A stretch of 32,655 bases of DNA from the NCBI GenBank assembly GCA_023334545.1, contig JAADVB010000213.1, forward strand, positions 1-32,655, in the 5' to 3' direction. Shown here one piece after another: positions 17,704-27,337 of the stretch (its first letter is position 1; the number at the start of each line of letters is the position of its first letter). The notes below the pieces were generated by a model that was not told where the DNA came from, did no database searches, and saw nothing but the letters and a program-made list of their open reading frames with translations. Position numbers and translations under genes: made by a program. The DNA comes from Salisapilia sapeloensis CBS 127946. Lineage: Eukaryota > Protista > Oomycota.

Positions 17704-19866
17704 TTACATGACGAGTTCCTCGATGGAGTAGTCTGGGATACCATGCGTCTGTGGCAACGGTACACCGTTCAAAAAGTTTCCTAGCACAGACTGCACACCT
17801 TCGAATGCATCGCACCACTCGAGACTCTTCTGAACGAGCTCGTTCATCTTCTGGATAGACGTCGCGATGGACTCGTCACTTGCCGCCGCGACTACCAACG
17901 ACGTAAAGTGAGCATCTAAGAGTACGCAGACCCAATTCACAACCTGTCGAGCACTCGGTTGCGCCAAGTTCTCTTGCTTAAGCTCCAACGACCGTCGCTT
18001 TCTCGTACGTGGCGTAATATCCGTCGCATCACTATCGTTCTCAGCCAGCGCTGTCAGTAGCCTCTGCTGGCACACAGCGAGCAGTAGGACGACATCGTTG
18101 AGTGGCAAGTGCTTCACGGCTTGGCGCAAGAAGACGGGGTTGGCAGGTAGTGCCAAGACAGCCATCAAAGACGTCTCGTTGCCTTCATCCAGTGTCTTGG
18201 ATGTCTCCTTCTTCGGCCGCCGGGCGGACGACGCGCGTACTGAAGCATGGAGGAAGTGTTTCGCCAACTGAACGACAGACTTCTCGTCAATGTCGATCAA
18301 GTGCTGGACACATGCATCGAGGACGTCACTTTGCTTTTGCTGGAGCAATGTCGGAAGTAGCTTTGGGATGGCTCGAGTCGACAAGAGCTTTGTCTGCAAC
18401 GCTTGGGTCAGTAGCTGCCAAAGCGCCAAGTCTGGTGTGAGCACAGTGCGTTGGGCGACAGCAACAGCCATGGAATAGGACATACTATCGCTGGTGACGC
18501 CGTGAACACGCTTGGAGATAGCTGCCTTGGTCTTGGTTTTATCCGTGTCCAGAATGGCATCAATGGCTTCTTCCTCATTGGTCGGAGGCTTGTCGCCACT
18601 GATGAGCGTGTCAAAGTCCATGGACGCTGCAGTCGAGTAGGTGGCGTGAGCGTTGGCGCCAAGGACGTTGGCTAGGGAGGAGTGCTTGTTGCGGACGTCC
18701 ACAACAACAGCCTTTTTAGCGTATGCTGCGACGACTACCTCGCCATTAAACGAGCTTTGCAAGTCGACAATCGAGCCAGACTGGTCCGAGAGGGACGTCG
18801 ATGCGACTTTAACCTTGAACTTTGCATCCCATCCCGTGAGGTCCGTGGACGTAGAGGAAGTGAGCATGAGGTAGCTAAAGAATCCAACACCACATGCTTT
18901 GTACTCTACTGGCGACGTTTTCTTCTTCTTGGAAATGTTGTCGGTATTGCTCTCTGGGGCAATGGTAGACACGGTCTCTGTACGTGTCCAGGACAGCGTC
19001 TGGTGCACCGTATCGTGATGGCAGTAGGCCATTTCCCACTGTCCAGTGCTCCAAACGAAGGAGTAGGCAAAAATTTCAGCATGGAAGGCAGCCGTCTGAA
19101 GCGTCGCTCCATCGACTGGAGGTGTGAGGGGCACACGCAACGCAAGAGAGCTAGAGATTTTACTACTTTCTGCTTTCTTGCCACGAGGACGTTCCAACCG
19201 GTAGACGTATAATTCTACGTTTAAGCTGTACGTGTCTTCGATGACAAGTGATAGGAATAGCGTTCCCTTGGTGGGACTACGGTGGTCAGACGATAGATCT
19301 GCCCATAACGTACGGTACTCTGTGTCCGTGTCTTCTAGCTCTTGGGCGTCCACGACGTGTTCCAGAGCACTGTTGTAGACAGCAAAGGTGCCATCCGTGA
19401 ATGCCACCGCTACCTCGTTCTTCAGTTGAGGGTGTACGAGCAAGGACAGGACGCTGGCGCTACTACCGGACTGGAAGTATTGCGCATAAGGAGATTCTAA
19501 AACTACGCTTGTCCACTTGGCTGGCTCCGTGTCTTTTTCTTCCCACGTGACAAGAGATTGGCCATGAAGTTTGCCGTCACGAGCGCTACGACTTGTGCTT
19601 TTACTATTGCTACCTCCACGGATGCCATAGTAGACATTGGAGACGGGATTGCGTACTGCAGCAGCGCGTAAAGCCAATGGACTACCGGATCGGAAGGACC
19701 ATTGGTGAATACAGTCGCCTGAAATGGCATCTACGTCACGAATTTGGTCGCGTGTGGTTACCAGAACACGCTTGTTTCCATCACGGTCGATGCGAACGCT
19801 CGTTCCGACGATGGTTTCATCACCACGGGCCTCCCAGACCGTCGTAGGCTGTGCTCCGAGCTCCAT
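17704..19866 (-). CDS. NOL11: Nucleolar protein 11 / Utp8-like (SSU processome, UTP-A), 720 aa
   Basis: N-terminal beta-rich (propeller-like) region. The C-terminal helical region contains VVNWVCVLLDAHFTSLVV and ends DYSIEELVM, resembling NOL11 (DW.CLLLDA.FT...YSIE.L). Confidence 0.72.
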   Translation of the reverse strand: MELGAQPTTVWEARGDETIVGTSVRIDRDGNKRVLVTTRDQIRDVDAISGDCIHQWSFRSGSPLALRAAAVRNPVSNVYYGIRGGSNSKSTSRSARDGKLHGQSLVTWEEKDTEPAKWTSVVLESPYAQYFQSGSSASVLSLLVHPQLKNEVAVAFTDGTFAVYNSALEHVVDAQELEDTDTEYRTLWADLSSDHRSPTKGTLFLSLVIEDTYSLNVELYVYRLERPRGKKAESSKISSSLALRVPLTPPVDGATLQTAAFHAEIFAYSFVWSTGQWEMAYCHHDTVHQTLSWTRTETVSTIAPESNTDNISKKKKTSPVEYKACGVGFFSYLMLTSSTSTDLTGWDAKFKVKVASTSLSDQSGSIVDLQSSFNGEVVVAAYAKKAVVVDVRNKHSSLANVLGANAHATYSTAASMDFDTLISGDKPPTNEEEAIDAILDTDKTKTKAAISKRVHGVTSDSMSYSMAVAVAQRTVLTPDLALWQLLTQALQTKLLSTRAIPKLLPTLLQQKQSDVLDACVQHLIDIDEKSVVQLAKHFLHASVRASSARRPKKETSKTLDEGNETSLMAVLALPANPVFLRQAVKHLPLNDVVLLLAVCQQRLLTALAENDSDATDITPRTRKRRSLELKQENLAQPSARQVVNWVCVLLDAHFTSLVVAAASDESIATSIQKMNELVQKSLEWCDAFEGVQSVLGNFLNGVPLPQTHGIPDYSIEELVM

Positions 19867-20104
19867 AATTGCTTTGAGTTATTGGTGTTCGGTTGGATGT
19901 CGGGTCAAACGCTTTTCGGCCAATCAAATGTGTTAAATATGTTTTTTAGCCTATATAATTGGACATGTGCAATCTTGAAGAGACGTGAAGTGGTTTCAGT
20001 GGGATGTTGTAGCCAACTGTGCTGCTATTCATGGAAATCTCGCTCCAGATCACGAGGAAGACAGGGTTCTGTCGCGTTATTGATCACTTTTGGAGGCAAG
20101 AGAT
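19867..20104. promoter_or_regulatory. Candidate bidirectional promoter between NOL11-like and CCDC42-like genes
   Basis: 238-bp head-to-head spacer with CCAAT boxes in both orientations (ATTGG 19881, CCAAT 19920, ATTGG 19957) and an INR-like TCACTTT near 20085. Confidence 0.55.
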
Positions 20105-21357
20105 ATGGATAAACCAGGTTCGGATGCTACGACGCAGGATGATGCTAGTAGTAACGTGTTTTTGACCGAGGCGAATATACGAGAGTACGCCTTCTGCTGC
20201 TTCTTTCGTCCTGACCTTTGTGAACTAACTGTGTGTAGTGGCCTTTTGCTAGGTCCAATCTATCTCGAAAAGACTTGAATGAGCTGGAGCCGGTCGTCTC
20301 CGGTGTCTCCCAAGTGGCCCAATCCACCAAGCTCTTAAAGAAACGCAAGGAGCTACGCGAACTTGAGGATGCGTTCGAGTTCATGAAAGAAGCGTACAGC
20401 CAGCGAATGGAAGCGTGCGATAGTCGACAGAAAGAGTTGGATCGACGGCAGCAAGAGATGAAGGAGCAAGTTAGTCGGTTTGAACGGTTTATTAAAGAGA
20501 ACGATGGGAAGCGAACGAGAGCAGAGCTCAAGGCAAAGAGTGAGAAGCGAATAACCGAGGCGAACGATCAGCGTCGGAGGCAGTTGATGCATCAACTCGA
20601 GACGGACATGAAAGAACGGGATGAACTAGAAGCGAAACGAGGTTCATTGACACTACCGTCTTCGTAATACTTTTGCGCGTACAAATTAATACTATGATGA
20701 ACAGATATGTTGCACAAGTATCGTCAATATTTAGAAAGTACGGTGGAAGCTTCAGACGGGGAGTATGAAGAAGTAGGCGACATTTTGAATCGCTACGCGA
20801 CGCTCGTGGACACCAATCGTGATCTGACCCAACAAGTGCGATACTCCGAGCTCGAGTCGGACCAATTCCGACAGAAACTTCGAGCTTTAAAGATCGAAAC
20901 GCAGAATCTCGTGCTGGTGCAGAATAGCAAGATACATGGGTACAACTGTATCTGATTCCACTTTGGATGCATGAGCTAAATGGTGTATACGGATAGTCTA
21001 CAGCAGCAATTGGAGTCACTTCGAGGGGAAGCGATGAAGTTGGAAGTAGCTAGACAGCGAAATGACCGCGTGGCGAATGATCGAAGTCGAGAATCCGGAC
21101 AGATCGTGCTGACTGTTTCGAATTTGTACAATCGATGTCGCTTGAGTCTCGGGGGTCGACTTCCACCTGTGAAAGAGCAAGACGCTGATGCAGTCCAGTA
21201 TGTCCAGAGCCTTCTGCACATCATCGCGTCTCGCATCACGGACTTGGACTCGATGGTTGCACGCTACAAGGATCCAAGATCCTCGAACAACAATAATGAT
21301 GGGAAAGATCGAGGTGGTAAAAACGTCAAGCTTCCTCTACTTAGTAATCCATCCTAA
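20105..21357 (+). CDS. CCDC42: Coiled-coil CCDC42/CFAP73-like flagellar-associated protein (DUF4200), 354 aa, 4 exons
   Basis: Exons 20105-20184, 20253-20641, 20705-20939 and 20997-21357 total 1065 nt and stay in frame; introns are 68, 63 and 57 nt. Motifs STKLLKKRKE..E....F...., QV.RFERFIKENDGKR.RA..KA and KY.QYLES.VE...EYEEV.DILNRY.TL..TN.DL match the CCDC42 family. Confidence 0.85.
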
Positions 21358-21846
21358 TGCATCCATGGATCGCTCTATCTCTCGTAACGCCTTAGTCGTT
21401 TCTTTCTCGTCAGCTGCCTCGACAGCAACCCATTCCGACGTTACAAGATTGCTGTCCATTTAAATACGACCCTGTCTGTCAGATCTACTAGTCCACTTCA
21501 ATCCTCTTTTACCCGTTTGACGTCCACCTTCTTATGAAATGTCACTGGAGTTATTTTCCACACACACCTGACACAAGAAAAGTAGACTAGCACGGCTTGT
21601 CATCCAGGAGCCGACCGAGCTTACCTAGTGCCGTTCCTACGACCTCCCCATCGCTTTCCCTCTAGTAGACGTTGGACTCGTATAGCCAGCCGCATATCGA
21701 CGTTCTCTTGACTAGCTTGACGTCCCTCTGGCACTCTGTCTTTTTATACCGTCCTGACTCGCTGTCAAGAGTTCCACCTTTTTCCCCATCCAGCAGCCTC
21801 GACGCACCACTTGCTTGCTGCTTGAAAAGGTTATCGAGTTATCTTT

Positions 21847-21862
21847 CCATTCTTGAATTGAC
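21847..21862 (+). promoter_or_regulatory. INR+FPR-like core promoter of the LARP6-like gene
   Basis: CCATTCTTGAATTGAC, 57 nt upstream of ATG 21904. Confidence 0.5.
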
Positions 21863-21903
21863 CACCAACGCGCCACATCGTCCAGAATATACCCATCGGT
21901 AGT

Positions 21904-23598
21904 ATGACATCCCCACACCATGGGAGCAACCCAGCCAAGCAGGAGCAGGATGACCCCATTGCCTTTGCCATGGCACACACGTCAGATATTGAACATGACG
22001 CTCGACGTCTATACAGCCAGTCGGCACTAGCTGCTGCCACCTCCTCTTCCTTTAATCTGGACCCGCACTACCATCCCCTGCGTGCTTCTGGCAACGCTGG
22101 CGGCACGTCCGACCTGGACGTCATGGCGCAGCTAGCATCGCACTACTATCCGACGGTCCCTCGCAGCCGTTCATCGTCTGCACCTTTAGCTCCATCGGCG
22201 ATTCAAACGAGCAACACTTGGCAGTTTGCAGACACGAATACGCTAGCAAATGACCTCAATGGCCTCAGCCTACGTCCGTCGCACGAGCCGGAGAATGAAC
22301 CGAATGACTCGAGTGCCCCGTACCCAGCCACGTTTCTCAAGACGATATGTGATCAGTTGGAAAGCTACTTTTGTGATGAAAACTTACCATCGAATCTCCT
22401 CTTGCTTAAGAATATGAACACGGACGGATATGTCAAGCTAGAGCTCTTGGCATCCTTTCGAGAGGTCAAGAAGCTTACGACGGACATTCACATGCTCAAG
22501 CGAGCGTTGGAACTATCGACAAAGCTACTGCTGAGTGAAGATGAGAGCATGGTCTGTCGAAAAGAACCTCTTGCGCCAGAACAGACGTACCACGGACGCC
22601 TGGCACGCACTGCCATTGCGTACAACCTCCCGGAAGACGCGTCTGTAGCGTCACTGCGTGAAATCTTCCAGACGTGTGGCGAAGTGCAGTACTTGCGTCT
22701 GCTCAAGAAGGACAATGCAACCGGCAGAAATGCTGTGCTCAAACCTCCGATCGTCGCAGGAGAGACGTACGCGATCGTCGAGTTTGCAGATGAAGAGATG
22801 GCCAAGCACGCAGTTTTGACGCTGTCGGACCAGTATCATTCGCAGGCAGGCATGCAAGTCGTTCTCTTCGACGGCACGAACTGCGATAAGCTCAAGCAAA
22901 AGATGTTTCCGATCAGTCGCAACCGCGTGCACTCGGCACCAAGTGTCGGCCAGCGTCCTGTGCATGTGGAGCAAGTGGGCGAAGGATTGGAAGGTTTGAG
23001 AGAAGGAAAGGTGAGTACCGGGACGGTCTATTCCATCCGTGGCGCTGGTGGACTCATCACACCTACGCGCCAAGATCATGCCAGCATCTCCTTCCGCCTT
23101 ATCCCGGATGAAGATGGCAATGTCGACATTCGACAAGGCGACTACGTGTCGTTCACGGTCGGGAAGAATAAAAAGAGTGGACGCAAGTATGCGAGTAAAG
23201 TCAAGCTCGAGTTCCGACCGCCTGCGAGCTTGACGGGCGAGAACGGACCGCCGCCGAGCCCCATGGGCCGTCGAGACCGCGGGCGAGCTGCGACGTTCGG
23301 ATCGAATGCGCCGCCGAGTCCGAGCTTCCGTCCGCGTTCGAACAGCGGACAGAGTAGCAACGGCTCGTTTGGACCGAGCATGGGTCGACCGCGACTGAAT
23401 TTGCAGCCGCAGACGCCGACGAATGGGGGCGGCGTGATGAGTCCGCAGATGGGCAACGGGTTTCGACAGGCCCTCGGACCTGACGGTACGCGTGGCTTTG
23501 GGTCTCGTCGACTGAGCGGCATGTCGGACGGAATGACGACACCCATTAGTGACCGTCGAAGAGCCCAGTCGACTGGCAGCACGCCAATGTACCATTGA
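21904..23598 (+). CDS. La-related protein 6-like: La motif + RRM + cold-shock/S1-like domain + SUZ-C/LSA motif, 564 aa
   Basis: La motif ICDQLESYFCDENL...GYVKLELLASFREVKKLTTD; RRM RTAIAYNLPED..YAIVEF; CSD-like TGTVYSIRGAGGLITP...IRQGDYVSFTVGKNKKSGRKYASKV; C-terminal FRQALGPDGTRGF. Confidence 0.85.
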   Translation: MTSPHHGSNPAKQEQDDPIAFAMAHTSDIEHDARRLYSQSALAAATSSSFNLDPHYHPLRASGNAGGTSDLDVMAQLASHYYPTVPRSRSSSAPLAPSAIQTSNTWQFADTNTLANDLNGLSLRPSHEPENEPNDSSAPYPATFLKTICDQLESYFCDENLPSNLLLLKNMNTDGYVKLELLASFREVKKLTTDIHMLKRALELSTKLLLSEDESMVCRKEPLAPEQTYHGRLARTAIAYNLPEDASVASLREIFQTCGEVQYLRLLKKDNATGRNAVLKPPIVAGETYAIVEFADEEMAKHAVLTLSDQYHSQAGMQVVLFDGTNCDKLKQKMFPISRNRVHSAPSVGQRPVHVEQVGEGLEGLREGKVSTGTVYSIRGAGGLITPTRQDHASISFRLIPDEDGNVDIRQGDYVSFTVGKNKKSGRKYASKVKLEFRPPASLTGENGPPPSPMGRRDRGRAATFGSNAPPSPSFRPRSNSGQSSNGSFGPSMGRPRLNLQPQTPTNGGGVMSPQMGNGFRQALGPDGTRGFGSRRLSGMSDGMTTPISDRRRAQSTGSTPMYH

Positions 23599-24896
23599 GC
23601 AAGGTGGCAGGACACGAATGAGAGAAATTTGTTTGTTTGGAAATTCTTTTTCTTTTCTGTTGGTGCTATCGGAAGTACGATGATTCTTAGGTACAGACGT
23701 GTATGGCAGGTATGTATTTACTATGCTGGTGCAAGTGAGGTTGCCTAGTGTCAAGTAGGAGGTAGGAGATGTACATCGTGGGTTGTGCGATGTTGGAGGG
23801 CGTCTGGAGATACATGTGAGAGGGAGGTTTGTGAGAGCTGATTCGCAAGTTTAGGATATGCGTGATGCTTGGGAGTGATGTCTTGCGTGCTCTGCAAATA
23901 CTATGGAGCTTTCGTTATGGTTTAAAATCGTTCTGCGAGCTCTATTGGGTCCACAGAGTGTATAATGGAAGTGAATTGCTGTGAAAGTCAGGGTACGACT
24001 GGAAGCTTCAAAGGTAGAAGGCAAGCACACTAAATTTGGGGAAACGTGTACTTGATGGCATTCAATCTAAACGAAGAAGGATGGAAGGCATTGCAGGTAG
24101 AGTTGACAAGCAGATAGAAATAGATTGGTAGGCATTCGAGTAGGAGCCGTGTTAGAGCGTAGAAAATGATATGAAATTACACTTGCACGTTCAGACCGAA
24201 AGAAAGCTCTCGAGGTAAATAGACAAAAGAATAAAAGGTAGACAAAGCTGTATGGACAAGAAGGAAGCACAGGCGTGATCGGTATCGCCTAGAAGATCAC
24301 AGGCAGCTTCAAGGTAAACGCCATCTTACAATTTTAAGATCTCCAGTGAGGGGTGTAAAATAGCCAGATCGTCTCATCGCTATTGAACACCACCATATTC
24401 TATAAACTACCATCTCTTGTATACTTTATTTCATATAAATGGAAAAGAAGTTCGTCGATACTCGCTTCTAGTCAAAAAGACAAATCTATTGCTTTTTGTA
24501 TGGCAGCAGTTTGAGGTGATTGAGCCCAACAAAACGCAAAAGACCGCAAGATAAGCGCAGCTAGCACGCACTGCGCAACGAGATACCAAGGCGTACAAGC
24601 ACGTCTACATCTACTAGGACCTTTCCAAGGCTTCTACATTCGCACAGCCTTCACCTCCGATCCACTGCTCGTGTCAGAACCTCTTAAGAGAGAAACTACA
24701 AGAGCAGATACATTAACGTCGAACGAGTGCACTTGACGAGATCCAGGACATTTTTTCTACCTCCACTCGTCTCCATCCCCCCACTATACCGTACGTATTC
24801 CGTTTTTCGCACTCTTGTCGTTGTACCTGCCATACTCAATGTATCGATTTATAACGACTATCCTAGTCTTTTATTTCTTTTTCTTTCTGAATTAAG

Positions 24897-26135
24897 ATGG
24901 CGACTTCCCAATCCACGCACGAAAGCGAGAGCGCTTGGAAGAACACGTTGAAGAAACCTGCCAAGGATGCTCGTATCCAGACGGAAGACGTGACGAACGT
25001 CAAGGGCAATGAGTTTGAAGACTACTTTTTGAAACGAGAGCTTCTGATGGGTATTTTCGAAAAAGGGTTTGAACGACCTTCACCTATTCAGGAAGAAGCT
25101 ATCCCGATCATGCTCGCTGGACGCAACGTCATGGCTAGAGCGAAAAATGGAACCGGCAAGACTGCTGCGTTCATCATTCCGTGCCTCGAGAAGACGGACC
25201 CAGCGAAGAATGTGATCCAGAACCTGATCCTCGTCCCGACGCGAGAGCTGGCGTTGCAGACGTCTGCTATCGTCCGCGAGATTGGAAAGCACATGGGTGT
25301 CGAGTGCATGGTGTCCACGGGCGGCACGAGCCTCAAGGACGACATCATGCGTCTGTACAACCCCGTCCACATCCTCGTGGGCACTCCCGGTCGCGTGATG
25401 GATTTGGCCAATAAAAAGGTGGCCGACTTGTCCAACTGCTCAACGGTGGTCATGGACGAAGCCGACAAGCTTCTGAGTCCGGAATTCCAGCCTCTGCTGG
25501 AACAATTGCTGAGCCACACGCCGTCGGAACGTCAGATTTGTCTGTTCTCGGCAACTTTCCCGGTGACGGTCAAGGCGTTCAAGGACAAGTTTATCGAGAA
25601 TCCGTACGAAATCAACTTGATGGACGAATTGACGTTGAAAGGTGTGTCGCAGTACTATGCGTTCGTGGAAGAGCGTCAGAAGGTGCACTGCTTGAACACG
25701 TTGTTTGCGAAATTGGAGATCAACCAGTCGATCATCTTTTGCAACTCGGTCAATCGTGTGGAACTCTTGGCGAAGAAAGTGACGGAGCTCGGATACTCAT
25801 GCTTTTACATCCACGCGAAGATGAATCAAGCGCATCGTAATCGTGTTTTCCACGAGTTCCGGAACGGCGCGACGAGACACTTAGTGTGCTCGGATCTGTT
25901 CACGCGAGGCATTGACATCCAGACGGTGAATGTCGTGATCAACTTTGACTTCCCCAAGAACTCGGAAACGTACCTCCATCGAATCGGACGTTCAGGACGA
26001 TACGGCCACTTGGGTCTGGCGATCAACATGATCACGTACGACGATCGGTACAACTTGTTCCGCATCGAGCAAGAGCTCGGGACGGAGATTCGTCCGATTC
26101 CGCCCGTCATTGACCGCAACTTGTACTGCAAGTAA
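24897..26135 (+). CDS. DDX6: DEAD-box RNA helicase DDX6/Dhh1/Me31B, 412 aa
   Basis: Q motif [41 protein letters not shown] and HRIGRSGR, plus the family-typical [19 protein letters not shown] and [13 protein letters not shown]. No introns in the CDS. Confidence 0.98.
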   Translation: MATSQSTHESESAWKNTLKKPAKDARIQTEDVTNVKGNEFEDYFLKRELLMGIFEKGFERPSPIQEEAIPIMLAGRNVMARAKNGTGKTAAFIIPCLEKTDPAKNVIQNLILVPTRELALQTSAIVREIGKHMGVECMVSTGGTSLKDDIMRLYNPVHILVGTPGRVMDLANKKVADLSNCSTVVMDEADKLLSPEFQPLLEQLLSHTPSERQICLFSATFPVTVKAFKDKFIENPYEINLMDELTLKGVSQYYAFVEERQKVHCLNTLFAKLEINQSIIFCNSVNRVELLAKKVTELGYSCFYIHAKMNQAHRNRVFHEFRNGATRHLVCSDLFTRGIDIQTVNVVINFDFPKNSETYLHRIGRSGRYGHLGLAINMITYDDRYNLFRIEQELGTEIRPIPPVIDRNLYCK

Positions 26136-26282
26136 CTCGAGAGACGTATCGACAGAGATGTTAATGAACGAATCCAGCACCTTTGTCGTCTCCCTAGCAC
26201 TCGCTCTCAAACGAAAAAGAATCCGGATGCAACTAAAGTTCGTTTCTTTCATTATAGAATAAATAGGAAATGTCGTCTGAAA

Positions 26283-27080
26283 CTAGGCAAAGTCCACTTC
26301 GGCGAACACACGCCGGCGAGGCGGAATCGACGCCTTGGACAGACCGGAAGGAGCGCTAAGGCCGACCTTTCGGATGGGAAACATGGGCGTCGTCGCCTTA
26401 TCCTCGACTTTGCGGGCCTTTGGCGACTTGTTCAACAGCTCGTCGTAGCTGCCCAAACTCCCGCCACAGGAACTCACGTCCGTGCCGTCATCACTCATGC
26501 TGCTGTGGAACGACCCGACAGAGTGGGTAGGGAAAAGGGGCGCCGTTGGACTCAATGTGCGTGCCTTGGCTTCCATGTCTATGTCACCATGGCTGCTGAG
26601 CTGGCGCTTGCGACCTTTGCAAGATCCCCGGCGATGGGCATCGTGCTGAGCGAACTCTAGAAAGTCGCGTACGAGAAGCGCGAGTCGGCGCTCGATGCTG
26701 CCGACGCCGCTGCGGAAGATGGAGCTGTCGACGTAGCAAGCAGTTGCGCGCCTGACGACAAGCTCTAGGAGCATGTTGAGTGTACTGATGGTTTCCTTTT
26801 CCTGCGATCGACGCATGGTGACGACGTCTCGAAAGGCGTAGTGATCAATAAAGGACGCGAGCCACTTGGCGGCGACGCTCGTTTTCGCTTCTGGTAAATG
26901 TGCCTGTGCGCTTTTAACTTCATGCGCTAAGCTCGCGAGTCCGTCCCATAGCAGTTGAAAGTCCGTGAGCGACTTGTAGACAAAGTATTTTTCCTGGTTA
27001 CACGGTGCGACTTGTATGGCAAACGTGTCGTCGAGTTTTCCACCGACGCACGAAGTGACGGTCGCGACGAGGCCGCGCAT
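26283..27080 (-). CDS. Hypothetical protein with PX-like N-terminus and Ser-rich C-terminus, 265 aa
   Basis: GC-rich ORF with first ATG at 27080. The N-terminus (DTFAIQV..CNQEKYFVYKSLTDFQLLWDGL) resembles the PX pattern F.I.V....V.R.YSDF..L; the PX assignment is tentative. Confidence 0.7.
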   Translation of the reverse strand: MRGLVATVTSCVGGKLDDTFAIQVAPCNQEKYFVYKSLTDFQLLWDGLASLAHEVKSAQAHLPEAKTSVAAKWLASFIDHYAFRDVVTMRRSQEKETISTLNMLLELVVRRATACYVDSSIFRSGVGSIERRLALLVRDFLEFAQHDAHRRGSCKGRKRQLSSHGDIDMEAKARTLSPTAPLFPTHSVGSFHSSMSDDGTDVSSCGGSLGSYDELLNKSPKARKVEDKATTPMFPIRKVGLSAPSGLSKASIPPRRRVFAEVDFA

Positions 27081-27321
27081 GCCGTCGTCCACCGGCTCGT
27101 GTGCTAGCGTCGAGTCGATGATACTGCCTGATAAATCGAGTGCTTTCTCGGTTTTCAGCGTTTGAAAGGAGAAAGCGAGGTGGATGCACTTTGCTGTTGA
27201 TAGCTGTCTAACGCGGTGTCGGGCGTATCTGTTTACTGTATGAAAATCCAGTCAATTTTTCTTCTCAAGCTGCCTGGCTTTTCGAGCCGGTCAGAGCCTT
27301 CCGCGACGTGCGCAGGAGAGA

Positions 27322-27337
27322 GCGAATTCGCAAGTGA
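27322..27337 (-). promoter_or_regulatory. INR+FPR core promoter candidate for the PX-like gene
   Basis: The minus strand reads TCACTTGCGAATTCGC, about 255 nt upstream of the ATG. Confidence 0.45.

Noticed and set aside
22651-23754. 367-aa antisense ORF over the LARP6-like gene
   Set aside because: Arg/Ser-rich shadow typical of GC-rich coding DNA; no domain.
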